From an uncultured virus (IMG/VR IMGVR_UViG_3300031707_003496) (lineage: Duplodnaviria > Heunggongvirae > Uroviricota > Caudoviricetes), in the IMG/VR virus record IMGVR_UViG_3300031707_003496: a stretch of DNA of 64,000 bases. The stretch is one strand, 5' to 3'. This document shows positions 9,805 through 18,786 of this stretch, piece by piece. Position 1 is the first letter of the stretch, and each line of letters begins with the position of its first letter. The position numbers and the translations under genes were made by a program. The notes beneath the pieces were generated by a model that was not told the origin of the DNA, searched no databases, and worked only from the letters and a program-made list of their open reading frames with translations.

Positions 9805-11271
9805 TCATCGCAACCTCGCTCTCTTAACCACCCGGATAAGATATCGCCCGCCGAAGAATAACACCACTCCAACCACCAATACTTCTAAACCAGTAGTAAT
9901 CCAGTACCAGAAATTCTCATCACTGGCTTTCTTCTGCTGAGCGTAAACAGTTTCAGTAGAGGGTGTTACTGGTACGGTAACTATCTGAGTAACTACTTGG
10001 GTAACAATCTGGGTTACTACGATAGGAGTAGGCGTTGGCCGAAAGAGGTCCCCGGCCACATACTTGACTGTCTCGTTCGGGACTTCCTGCCCGGCAGGTA
10101 AATCGTAGACGTAGAACGGAACCGTCTGGGTAGCGCCTTGCGGAGCGGTAACGGTTATCTCGTGCTGGCCTACGGGTATCGTAGAATAATCAATCGGGAT
10201 GATCGCCTGAAAATATCGCCACAGATTTGGTTTATCTTCCTGGACTTTAACGATAATCTCAGTAGCATTATGAGAAAGAGCAATCTGTCGGTCTTCATCC
10301 ATAACAACCGTCAACTCAGTATCTTTAGCAACGTTCGTATACCCGCGAATATCTAAAACATCCTTCCCGCCGGAATAGGTCTCATCAATTGAAGTAATAT
10401 CAATTACCGGATGTGTAATCTCAATCTGGTATTGCGTAACAGGATCATCAGTATTCTTAACCATCTCTATAAACAACGGAAGGACCATACGGGGCTGGTA
10501 TCCATAGACGTTAACGGATTTAACCGCTGCCCACGGGGACGTCAACTCTTCAGTAGTCCGGGCGTCAGTAACGATTTTATTATATCCGACTTCAAAGATA
10601 GCGTTCTTCCCGGGGTTCTGGACGATGATAGTATACTCACCGACTTCAAGGTTCTGGAGTTCTTCGGAAGTCAGGGTAACCCGGGAAGTAGGATACGATT
10701 TATTATAAATCCCGTCAATCCTGCCGAACACCCAGAGACGGGCGGGCATATACTTATCGTTTACTAAGACGAAGAACGGGTCGCCATACGCTATCTGGTA
10801 ATTAGTAGAGAACGGTTTTGGTTGGATAAGTTGGTACTCTGCAAGGATAGTGGGAACCGGGGTTACGTTTGCAGTAACGTTCGTTACATTAACGGCAGGC
10901 AGTTTCTTAACAACCCGGAACATCAACAGGTTCCCATGCTCACTCCCGGTATCATTCCCGTAATACTGGAACCACGGGCCGAGACGCGAATTAAAGATTT
11001 TCGGGTCGAGATAGAAGGCATAATATTCTTTTTTTGTATTCGGGAACTCTACGACATATAACGGGTCAGATTCCAAATCCCCGGAGTACCCGTAATACGC
11101 CATCTTCTCCGCCCAGCCCATTGTCCCGGTCAAATCAATTACACTACCGGACTCTACCAAATCCCCTTGTAATGGTCGCTGGATTTCCGCACTCACCGGG
11201 ATAACAATCAGAGCTAGTAAGAGTACCAGAAAGAAAGCGATACCAGACCAGCGGAGGAACGGGAAGTTCAT
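9805..11271 (-). CDS. secreted membrane-anchored surface protein (DUF3821-like, Methanomicrobiales type)
   Basis: Signal peptide (PVSA), Ig-like IRGYTNV domain, PTPT/VTQ repeat, C-terminal TM with basic tail. Confidence 0.6.
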   Translation of the reverse strand: MNFPFLRWSGIAFFLVLLLALIVIPVSAEIQRPLQGDLVESGSVIDLTGTMGWAEKMAYYGYSGDLESDPLYVVEFPNTKKEYYAFYLDPKIFNSRLGPWFQYYGNDTGSEHGNLLMFRVVKKLPAVNVTNVTANVTPVPTILAEYQLIQPKPFSTNYQIAYGDPFFVLVNDKYMPARLWVFGRIDGIYNKSYPTSRVTLTSEELQNLEVGEYTIIVQNPGKNAIFEVGYNKIVTDARTTEELTSPWAAVKSVNVYGYQPRMVLPLFIEMVKNTDDPVTQYQIEITHPVIDITSIDETYSGGKDVLDIRGYTNVAKDTELTVVMDEDRQIALSHNATEIIVKVQEDKPNLWRYFQAIIPIDYSTIPVGQHEITVTAPQGATQTVPFYVYDLPAGQEVPNETVKYVAGDLFRPTPTPIVVTQIVTQVVTQIVTVPVTPSTETVYAQQKKASDENFWYWITTGLEVLVVGVVLFFGGRYLIRVVKRARLR

Positions 11272-11558
11272 GGCAACCATTCTTCAGACATCTCAATACC
11301 TTCTTCGTCCTCATCCTCAGGTGCGAACAGTCCCCACTTCATCCTCCAGTCCCGGTACAGGTACGGAATATAAGCAATAACCCCACAGGTCAGGAACAAG
11401 ATAATAACAATCGCCAGACCTTTATCCCACGGGATATTAAGGCCAGCGAACGTAACGTAAATCCCGATACCGACCATTGCCCCGAATATCATCATCAGGA
11501 CAGCGACCGCAACGAAGGTTTTAAAGTCGGTAATGTCGATAAGAGAATCGTCGGTCAA
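11268..11558 (-). CDS. two-TM membrane protein
   Basis: Two hydrophobic helices, acidic tail. Confidence 0.55.
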   Translation of the reverse strand: MTDDSLIDITDFKTFVAVAVLMMIFGAMVGIGIYVTFAGLNIPWDKGLAIVIILFLTCGVIAYIPYLYRDWRMKWGLFAPEDEDEEGIEMSEEWLP

Positions 11559-11692
11559 TTCCTATCGCCGCCATTAGGAATATGTTGTTCAACCCATTGA
11601 TGAAATAACTCGTTCATCGGAATATTACAATCAAAAGCGTATCGCCGGAACTTCTTATGGTCTTCATCTTCAACCATAATTGTCTTTCCCAT
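11555..11692 (-). CDS. small ribbon-helix-helix-like regulator (45 aa, not in ORF track)
   Basis: MGKTIMVEDEDHKKFRRYAFDCNIPMNELFHQWVE; first gene after a TATA-like box. Confidence 0.55.
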   Translation of the reverse strand: MGKTIMVEDEDHKKFRRYAFDCNIPMNELFHQWVEQHIPNGGDRN

Positions 11693-11869
11693 GATTGTAA
11701 TATTAGAGTTTAACAGATATATAGATTTGTATTAAAAAAAAGGATTTAGGGTGTTGGACAGATGAGAGATGGTAGGTACTGAAGGGTGTCTTTGTCCGGG
11801 ACTGAGTTTGAGGAAACCCGTGCTGTCCCGGTACACGTAACACTATCACGTATAAGAATAAAAAGTTTC

Positions 11870-12928
11870 TTATAAGGCAAGGCGCTGGGCAGTATACAGG
11901 AACCCGATCTGGATGAACTCGGTGATCAGGATAAACAGTCCTAGGATAATATAGGTAAACGGCATATCCCAACCCTTTTCTTTATAGGCGTCGTAGAACG
12001 GCAATAACAACGGGATTAATAATAACGGCACACACCAGATTGCGTAGTGCCCGATAATGGGTGTCTCTTTCGCCAAGATATACATTGACGCCCAGGTTAC
12101 TAACGAGAGAACCGTTATCAGTTGGATGATACGGTCCGCCCGGTATTTCCAGATTGCCCAGATAAGGATCGGCACGATAATCACTACCGAGTAATTGAAT
12201 AAATAAACCGGAGTGTGCGTCAGGACTTGCGTCTGGGTTAACCCGAACGTCTGGTTCGCTATCCAGGCGACGCGAGTATCTCGGATAATAAACAAGTAGT
12301 TGAGGAGCGGCAAGGAACCGATAATAAACAGAGCAATTCCGGAATACGCTTTCCGTTCGATGACTAATAAGTAGAGGATCATAATCCCGAGCGGGATAGC
12401 CGTATACAAATGCGTCCAGACTGATAATAAAGCAAACACTCCGAACCAGAGCGATGCCCGGGTATAATCTCCGTTCCGGATACGCAATAAGAAATAGAAC
12501 GTTAAGGTGAAGAACAAGATTGCCATTGCATACGAGCGCCCGTATCTCGAGTAATACAAAAAGGAATAGAAGACGGTAGTAACCCCGGCAAGCAACAACC
12601 CGAACCAGTCGTCCCGGTATTCTTTTCCGATATAATACATAACCGGGATGAACAGGATACCAGCAATCATTGACGGGATACGGATTGCAATAGCAGTCGC
12701 ACCGAATACCAGCATTGAGAAATGGGCAGCGAGATAATATAACGGCGGGGTAAAGTCAATCGTTAAGGCGTTGATAATAAGCTGGACGGCAGAGAGTCCC
12801 GGTCTGGCCCACATGATTGTAAACTGTTCATCTAAATTCACGTCCTGGAACCCGAGCTGGATACATCTTAAGATAGTTCCGAGGATAATAAAAGAGAATA
12901 AAAGAAGATCAGTCTTGCTGAGTTTCAT
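11870..12928 (-). CDS. second GT-C fold glycosyltransferase (PMT_2-like)
   Basis: LRCIQLG..NLDE, PPLYY, IRIPSM, YYSRYGRSYA, WTHLY; paralog of 7046-8461. Confidence 0.8.
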   Translation of the reverse strand: MKLSKTDLLLFSFIILGTILRCIQLGFQDVNLDEQFTIMWARPGLSAVQLIINALTIDFTPPLYYLAAHFSMLVFGATAIAIRIPSMIAGILFIPVMYYIGKEYRDDWFGLLLAGVTTVFYSFLYYSRYGRSYAMAILFFTLTFYFLLRIRNGDYTRASLWFGVFALLSVWTHLYTAIPLGIMILYLLVIERKAYSGIALFIIGSLPLLNYLFIIRDTRVAWIANQTFGLTQTQVLTHTPVYLFNYSVVIIVPILIWAIWKYRADRIIQLITVLSLVTWASMYILAKETPIIGHYAIWCVPLLLIPLLLPFYDAYKEKGWDMPFTYIILGLFILITEFIQIGFLYTAQRLAL

Positions 12929-13169
12929 CGTCTTTCTTCTCAGGTGCTGGTGCGGCAGGCGTCTTAGGGGTAGTCCAGTCCCGGACAAACTGCTGATAAA
13001 TCGCAATACCAGCTTCGTGCGTTTCTGGTAACATCTGTCCCTGATCTACTTTATACTTGGATTCCGATAACGAGGAATTAAACCAGTTCTTCGCCTGTTC
13101 AAAGAACGCCTGTCGGTTCTGGGCAGCGGAGATAAGTTCTTTAAGTTGTTCTTCGGTAAGTTCTACCAT
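12909..13169 (-). CDS. hypothetical protein
   Basis: ORF downstream of TATA-like TTTATATA. Confidence 0.5.
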   Translation of the reverse strand: MVELTEEQLKELISAAQNRQAFFEQAKNWFNSSLSESKYKVDQGQMLPETHEAGIAIYQQFVRDWTTPKTPAAPAPEKKDDETQQD

Positions 13170-13226
13170 AATAAACAATATATAAAAAGGGAAAGGTATT
13201 ATAGTTTTCTATTGATAAAAAAAAGA

Positions 13227-14201
13227 TTATCCGATCCCGGTAGTTACGATAATTGCGTTCAGCATTACATACGTCAGGATCAGAAGCACCGAACCGACCA
13301 TGATAGCTGAGATGCTGGCTACTAATAACTTACTGTTAAAGTCCGTAGTCCCGCGCCCGTATCGGCTACCGCCACCCCCGGCATATCCGCCCATACTCAT
13401 CAGGGAATAAATCAGTCCGCCAACACCCGTCACTACAATCAACAACCCCGCCATATTCAGGGCAGCAAGGATATTCGCACCGCCGCCGGAAGTTGAACCT
13501 ACCGACCCGGACATTGCTGTACCCGTCCGGTATTCAACCGTTAAATACGGTTTGCTTGTAGAAGATACCGGGGCACTACTGAACGACGAACTGTTTGATG
13601 CCGACCATACTGGACTTGAGTTATCGACAGTAAAGTTATTGGAAATCATAACCGTAGTATATCCTTCAGTATCAATCGCCGCAAGACCGGCATCATTCAG
13701 ATGGAAGCCATTAATGTTATCTGTATTCCAGTCAGCGTATTCCAGGTCGGGAGCCAGCCGGGTAAACGTCGTCAAAACGAAATCATCTGAGGATAATACC
13801 GCAACCGGGTCTACCGGAGTGTAATCAATAAGTGACGCATTCGCCGAACCAAGAGTATTGGTTTTTGCCGTTCCCCATACTGTCACCTCAGCTAAGAGGA
13901 TGACGGCATCTTCCGGGATAGTTGACGTATCGAATGTCAACACCGTCCGGTCAGACTTATTGTAATACCCGGAGCGTGCCCCGGAAGTTACCCCTGCTAA
14001 CAAATCCCCGCTTGGTGGAGAGTTCGTAGCGTCCGTCCCGTCACCACGGCTGAGTCCCCCCCAGGTAAAGTTCCCCATCCGGGTTACATAGCCATCGTGC
14101 GTTGCTTCTCCCGTCCATGTCGTGTACGTATATGCCTGTACCGTTCCCGCCAGTACCAGCAGGAGTGTTAAGAATAAAACCAGTTTCGTAATCGTTCTCA
14201 T
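13227..14201 (-). CDS. secreted DNRLRE/CBM-like beta domain fused to a circularly permuted capsid-protein hairpin
   Basis: Signal peptide; DGYV..RTVLTFDTSTIP..KPYLTVEY domain; C-terminus matches MCP helix 2 then helix 1. Confidence 0.7.
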   Translation of the reverse strand: MRTITKLVLFLTLLLVLAGTVQAYTYTTWTGEATHDGYVTRMGNFTWGGLSRGDGTDATNSPPSGDLLAGVTSGARSGYYNKSDRTVLTFDTSTIPEDAVILLAEVTVWGTAKTNTLGSANASLIDYTPVDPVAVLSSDDFVLTTFTRLAPDLEYADWNTDNINGFHLNDAGLAAIDTEGYTTVMISNNFTVDNSSPVWSASNSSSFSSAPVSSTSKPYLTVEYRTGTAMSGSVGSTSGGGANILAALNMAGLLIVVTGVGGLIYSLMSMGGYAGGGGSRYGRGTTDFNSKLLVASISAIMVGSVLLILTYVMLNAIIVTTGIG

Positions 14202-14335
14202 AATCTCCACCTCCCGCGTCGTGGGGGTTGTAATGGCGAGTACCCGACCGGGTTACCGCATCGTGGACACTTCCTCGGTCTCTGAACAATAGAGTTCCAC
14301 GAGTACCCGCAATAATGACAGGTTTGTATTGCCAT
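14198..14335 (-). CDS. Zn-ribbon microprotein (45 aa)
   Basis: MAIQTCHYCGYSWNSIVQRPRKCPRCG...; ATGA-coupled to the next gene. Confidence 0.65.
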   Translation of the reverse strand: MAIQTCHYCGYSWNSIVQRPRKCPRCGNPVGYSPLQPPRRGRWRL

Positions 14336-14381
14336 AGTAGAAGAAGAAGAAGTCTAACATGATAAATGTTTCTATCTTTAC

Positions 14382-14425
14382 GAAACCTTTATTATATCAA
14401 ACACCTATTTTTACAAAGCGAGGTG
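14382..14425 (+). promoter_or_regulatory. putative late promoter and leader of MCP1
   Basis: GAAACCTTTATTA (BRE/TATA) then CTATTTTACAAAGCGAGGTG (RBS); near-identical motif at 26420-26464. Confidence 0.6.
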
Positions 14426-14434
14426 ATAAAACGC

Positions 14435-14743
14435 ATGTTCTTAGAAAAGTACATTAACAAGAAAGCTTTCACCCAGCTCCTTGTCGGCGGTATCATCGCC
14501 ATCATGGTCGGTGCCGTTATGCTCGTCCTCAGCTATACGATCATCAACGCGATCTTCTCCGGCGCTTCAACCGCAATGGCAGGACCGCCCTACAACTCAT
14601 CCCTCAACACATCACTGTGGGCCAACCTCAGCAACATCACGGCGGCACTGAATATAGTCGGTATCAGCTTGATCGTCGTTGGGATCAGTGCGATCATATA
14701 TATGCTCATAGGATTGGGGGGCGTAGGTGGCGGAAGACGCTAA
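14435..14743 (+). CDS. putative major capsid protein 1, spindle-virus-type hydrophobic hairpin with class III signal peptide
   Basis: MFLEKYINKKA/FT then two long hydrophobic helices, NxS/T-rich loop, GGVGGGRR end; own promoter, RBS and T-rich terminator. Confidence 0.7.
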   Translation: MFLEKYINKKAFTQLLVGGIIAIMVGAVMLVLSYTIINAIFSGASTAMAGPPYNSSLNTSLWANLSNITAALNIVGISLIVVGISAIIYMLIGLGGVGGGRR

Positions 14744-14755
14744 ACCAACCCCAAT

Positions 14756-15421
14756 TTAACCTTTTTTTACAATCACACCAACGGTATAAGCGTAGAATTG
14801 TTTTAACGGAAAATAGTTCTCAATCTTTCCGATCCTCTCTCGTATAGATACAGGTAACAACTCTCTATCGTTCGTAGCAAGAGGGGGAAGTGCCTGGAGT
14901 CCAAACACAACAACCTCTTGGTCAAACAATTTCTTTAATCGCCACGGAGAATAATCTTCTTCGTAACCGAACTCAAACTTCCCTAACAACGTAGCGATAA
15001 ACTTCCCGATACGATACCAGATACAAAGAGAGTTCGGGACGATAACTACTATCCTTCCCCCGTGTTTTGTTATTCGCTTCATCTCATTAATTGCAGCGAG
15101 ATTATAAGGTTCCGGGAAATGTTCAATTACCCCGGAGTTGTAAACCAGATCAAATGAATTGTCTTTGAAAGGGATATGGAAGATATCTCCTTGAACAGGA
15201 TGATCACAATTATACTTTGCTATTTCCAATGCTTGTAGAGAGATATCGAACCCCACTGTATCGCAAGTCATATTGAGTGTCTGGCCAGTGCCACACCCAA
15301 CCTCAATTACTCTGGCATCATAGGGCAATTCAATACCACGAATAAAAGAAATATATTTTAAACTATAGTCGCTAGTGATAAGGTGCTTGGACCAGATGGT
15401 GTCCCACGTTTCAGTTGGCAC
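14756..15421 (-). CDS. class I SAM-dependent methyltransferase (Methyltransf_11)
   Basis: IEVGCGTG, GFDIS, GDIFHIPFKDNSFDLV, VIEH; start uncertain. Confidence 0.85.
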   Translation of the reverse strand: MPTETWDTIWSKHLITSDYSLKYISFIRGIELPYDARVIEVGCGTGQTLNMTCDTVGFDISLQALEIAKYNCDHPVQGDIFHIPFKDNSFDLVYNSGVIEHFPEPYNLAAINEMKRITKHGGRIVVIVPNSLCIWYRIGKFIATLLGKFEFGYEEDYSPWRLKKLFDQEVVVFGLQALPPLATNDRELLPVSIRERIGKIENYFPLKQFYAYTVGVIVKKG

Positions 15422-16067
15422 TTTCCCACGCAACCATTTCCTCTTCGGTGAAGAATGTCTTTCCCTGGTAATAAGTTTCAATTATATCAGTAAAGTATTC
15501 TTCCCAGTAATCACGGTTGAAATTAACTTTCGTGTTGCAAGGCAGACAGAGTGTTACGAACAATGGTTTCACATCATTACAACAAACCATCTTATCGTAG
15601 TTAACGTGATGTGGAATATGTTTCCTCCCATTCTGAGGAGTGCCACAAAGAACGCAAGTATAATCCATATATGCTCTTTGCCGCTCTTTGAACCGAGCGT
15701 TAAACAATTTACAATATTTCCCGAATGACAACCCCCCTCTCCATAGGTGCGATTTCTCGCCAAGTTTACACTCTCGCATTTTCTTTTTTGTTTCTGGAGA
15801 AGCTTTGCGTCCAAGGTGTGCAAGACGGTTTAATTCAACCGATTCTGGTTTTTTGGGAACTCCTTTTTGTGCTATCCCTATCTTACGCTTGTGCTCTTCG
15901 GAATGTGATTTTCCTTTCGTTGATATACTATTTTTAAATCTGGTTTCTCCCGATTTGGGATATTTATAATAACACTCCCGTGAACAAAATTTTCCCAATC
16001 CCCTTGTAACATCGGAAGCGTTTGCATAGAATAATTTTCCACATTGTTTACAAACTCTTTCTATCAT
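15411..16067 (-). CDS. NUMOD3-containing HNH-like homing endonuclease
   Basis: CKQCGK..FCSREC, HSEEHKRKIG and ASPETKKKM NUMOD3 repeats, CVLCG..HHVNYDK..LCLPCN. Confidence 0.75.
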   Translation of the reverse strand: MIERVCKQCGKLFYANASDVTRGLGKFCSRECYYKYPKSGETRFKNSISTKGKSHSEEHKRKIGIAQKGVPKKPESVELNRLAHLGRKASPETKKKMRECKLGEKSHLWRGGLSFGKYCKLFNARFKERQRAYMDYTCVLCGTPQNGRKHIPHHVNYDKMVCCNDVKPLFVTLCLPCNTKVNFNRDYWEEYFTDIIETYYQGKTFFTEEEMVAWESAN

Positions 16068-16195
16068 TACTTCTTCACCCGCCGTTCCTTATTCCAATAT
16101 GGGGATTTACATTCTGGACAAATGATTGGCTCGTTGTGTGAGCGGGGTATCCATTGATGCCCACAACGATTACACGTTTTTTCAACTATACTCAT
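16067..16195 (-). CDS. Zn-ribbon microprotein (42 aa)
   Basis: MSIVEKTCNRCGHQWIPRSHNEPIICPECKSPYWNKERRVKK. Confidence 0.75.
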   Translation of the reverse strand: MSIVEKTCNRCGHQWIPRSHNEPIICPECKSPYWNKERRVKK

Positions 16196-16265
16196 ACACT
16201 ATACTTTGATGTTAAACTTTAAATACTTTCGCATATAATTCACTAACAGCGAGGTGAAATGATTT

Positions 16266-16559
16266 ATGTTCCTTGACAAGTATCTTAACAGGAAAGCATT
16301 CACCGCTTTACTCGTGGGCTCAATTTTGGCAATTATGATCGGTTCAGTATTACTGGTCATATCATATGTCGTCATAAATGCAATCATCGGCTCAACCGGC
16401 ACTATCACCAACACAGCACTGAACACGTCGCTGTATGCAAACATCAGCAACATCACAGCGGCCCTTAACATTGCCGGGATCGCCCTCATCGTCGTTGGGA
16501 TCAGCGGAATCATATACATGCTCATAGGATTGGGAGGCGTAGGCGGCGGGAAACGCTAA
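16266..16559 (+). CDS. putative major capsid protein 2 (paralog of 14435-14743)
   Basis: MFLDKYLNRKA/FT, two hydrophobic helices, C-terminal half nearly identical to MCP1. Confidence 0.7.
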   Translation: MFLDKYLNRKAFTALLVGSILAIMIGSVLLVISYVVINAIIGSTGTITNTALNTSLYANISNITAALNIAGIALIVVGISGIIYMLIGLGGVGGGKR

Positions 16560-16584
16560 TCGCACCACAACCTGACTTCCGTTT

Positions 16585-16614
16585 GGGTGGGCGGTAAAAC
16601 CACCCCTCTCTTTT
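16585..16614 (+). terminator. hairpin plus pyrimidine tract after MCP2
   Basis: GGGTGG-N9-CCACCC followed by CTCTCTTTT. Confidence 0.5.
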
Positions 16615-16813
16615 GAGACAGTTGAAATGAATTACAAGAAGCATCTGAAAGCAGGGATACGGTTGATTATTGAAGCGGATGCGAACCCGGTAACGATAAT
16701 TGTGCGGTTAAGCAAGAAACAAGTGTTTGCGGTTTTGGACCATATACTTCCGGACGAGTAATCTTTCCAGGTAGACACAACAGTTATAAATATATGTATC
16801 ATTATTATTACCT

Positions 16814-17317
16814 ATGGCAGTATTCAGGTATTTAGGATATGTATTACTTTTAGTATTCTTGTTGACGCAGGGGGTGACGGCGGCGAATGTCACGCACGAC
16901 ATGCCCGCCAGCCAGAACTTAACGGTTAACAAGACGTTTACGTTGGACGGGGGCGGCACGACTCCGGTGACGTTATGGTTAGGCGGGATAGTCTTGGGAA
17001 TACTTCTGATTTTATTATCGTTCGTACATTTTGACGGCGGGGAAGAAGGATTGGTGTCGATAATGGCGTGGATCCCGTTAGCGTTCTCGATGTATACTTC
17101 AAATTCCGTAGATGCAATTACGAACGCGGGACTTGCGGCATCAGCATCCGGGATTACACAAGTTGAATCTCATACCATATATCAGTTCAATACGATCTCA
17201 ATTTTGTGTATGATTATGTTAGCATTTGCGATTGCGAATACGTATCGCATCTGGGTCTCGCAGAAGAAGTTAAAAGAGTTAAGTGAAGGTCCCGTATCGG
17301 AGAGCTTTGATTATTGA
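16814..17317 (+). CDS. membrane/virion protein
   Basis: Signal peptide, sequons, three further TM segments. Confidence 0.6.
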   Translation: MAVFRYLGYVLLLVFLLTQGVTAANVTHDMPASQNLTVNKTFTLDGGGTTPVTLWLGGIVLGILLILLSFVHFDGGEEGLVSIMAWIPLAFSMYTSNSVDAITNAGLAASASGITQVESHTIYQFNTISILCMIMLAFAIANTYRIWVSQKKLKELSEGPVSESFDY

Positions 17318-17328
17318 GGAGCAAGAGT

Positions 17329-18786
17329 ATGAAGACGAAACCTTTTATTAAAATAATGTTCTGCCTGATCCTGACAGGACTGTTATTGAGTTCATTGGTA
17401 GTGGCCGAGGATGTAACGTGTTCGTTTATTAATATTACTACGGGACCAGCGGGATCTAATGGCACGAACGGAACTAACGGAACCGCAGCAACCGTCGCCG
17501 TGAATTATACTTTTACTGGTGCAACCGGGACATCAGCGATTGTTACTAATGTCGGAACAACCGCAGCAGCCCTTTTTGATTTCACTATTCCAACGGGAGC
17601 GACCGGCGCGAAAGGCGATACCGGTGCAATTCCAGATGTAACTCAGTTCTTATTCCTGAATGGAACCAGAGCAATGACCGGGAACCTGTCGATGGGAACG
17701 TATTTTATCAACGGGCTGGGGACGCCATCTATCGGGACGGACGCTGCGACAAAAGCGTATGTGGATTCTGTTAGCAGTAATTATAACGCGAGTTACTGGA
17801 CTGGTACGAACTACAATGCGACGTATGATGCGAAACCCAGCTCGAATTATAACGCCACCTACGACGCGAAAGCCGATACGAATTATAACGCATCGTACTG
17901 GACGGGCACGAACTATAACGCTTCGTACATAACCTCGAACTATAACTCTAGCTATTGGACTGGGACTAACTACAATGCATCATATTGGACGGGCACAAAT
18001 TACAATGCCACGTACGATACCCAAAGTAATTACAACGCTTCTTACGTCACTCTTACCAACACCTCCTACGTCCAGACGAATAACGGTTCTTACGTCCAGA
18101 TAACCAACACGTCCTATTTCCTTACTGACGGTACTCGGGCGATGGCAGCGAATATTTCAATGGGGTCAATGTATATCACCGGTTTGTTATCCGGTAGTTC
18201 TGGCGGGTCAGTTGTTAACAAGTCGTATGTGGATGCGTTACCGATTTACAACTCTTCCTACGTTACCCTGACCAATACCACCTACGTTAAGAACAATGTT
18301 TCCGGATACGTTACCTTAATGGCAGGTTCGGCAATGGTGACGACCACGAACCCGGCGACAATGAGCCAGACGGAAAACGGAACGAATAATTTCATCAGCC
18401 TGGACTTCGCAGACGGCGGTTCGGAAGTCGGGCAATGGATTATGGATTTCCCGGCAGACTGGAACCCGTATGGAAACGTCGTCTTCACTCCTATCTGGAC
18501 AGCAGCAACCGGTTCCGGGACGTGTAACTGGACGATCAAAGCTAAACTGTTCCCGGACGATGCAGCACTCAACACGGCACTTGCACAGGTCGGTACTTCC
18601 AATGATACCCTCACCGCACAAGGAGATTTGGATGTCGGCCCGGATACGGCAGGAGCGGCAATTGGGTCTGTAGCCTCTGGGGGGAATACTGCGATCATCC
18701 AGATTAACCGGGATACTACCGATACCGGCACGTTTACCGCACAACTTATTGGCCTGAGAGTGAAATACGTTCGGACGCTGGCGTGA
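17329..18786 (+). CDS. fibre/adhesin-like glycoprotein with collagen-like GXX repeats, trimer neck motifs and NYNA(S/T)Y repeats
   Basis: GPAGSNGTNG, GATGAKGDTG, GTRAMTGNL..DAATKAYVD-type motif twice, C-terminal beta domain. Confidence 0.7.
   Translation: MKTKPFIKIMFCLILTGLLLSSLVVAEDVTCSFINITTGPAGSNGTNGTNGTAATVAVNYTFTGATGTSAIVTNVGTTAAALFDFTIPTGATGAKGDTGAIPDVTQFLFLNGTRAMTGNLSMGTYFINGLGTPSIGTDAATKAYVDSVSSNYNASYWTGTNYNATYDAKPSSNYNATYDAKADTNYNASYWTGTNYNASYITSNYNSSYWTGTNYNASYWTGTNYNATYDTQSNYNASYVTLTNTSYVQTNNGSYVQITNTSYFLTDGTRAMAANISMGSMYITGLLSGSSGGSVVNKSYVDALPIYNSSYVTLTNTTYVKNNVSGYVTLMAGSAMVTTTNPATMSQTENGTNNFISLDFADGGSEVGQWIMDFPADWNPYGNVVFTPIWTAATGSGTCNWTIKAKLFPDDAALNTALAQVGTSNDTLTAQGDLDVGPDTAGAAIGSVASGGNTAIIQINRDTTDTGTFTAQLIGLRVKYVRTLA
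17779..18120 (+). repeat. intragenic NYNASYWTGT / NYNATYD peptide repeats
   Basis: About 9 NYN(A/S)(S/T)Y units plus TNTSY units; synonymous codons diverged. Confidence 0.85.

Noticed and set aside
14435..16559. True archaeal type IV pili or archaella
   Set aside because: No Glu at +5, no globular beta head, a second TM helix is present, and no PilB/PilC-type genes are seen
17779..18120. Possible CRISPR array or DGR template/variable repeats
   Set aside because: Repeats are conserved at protein level with synonymous divergence; no constant repeat-spacer pattern and no reverse transcriptase in the window
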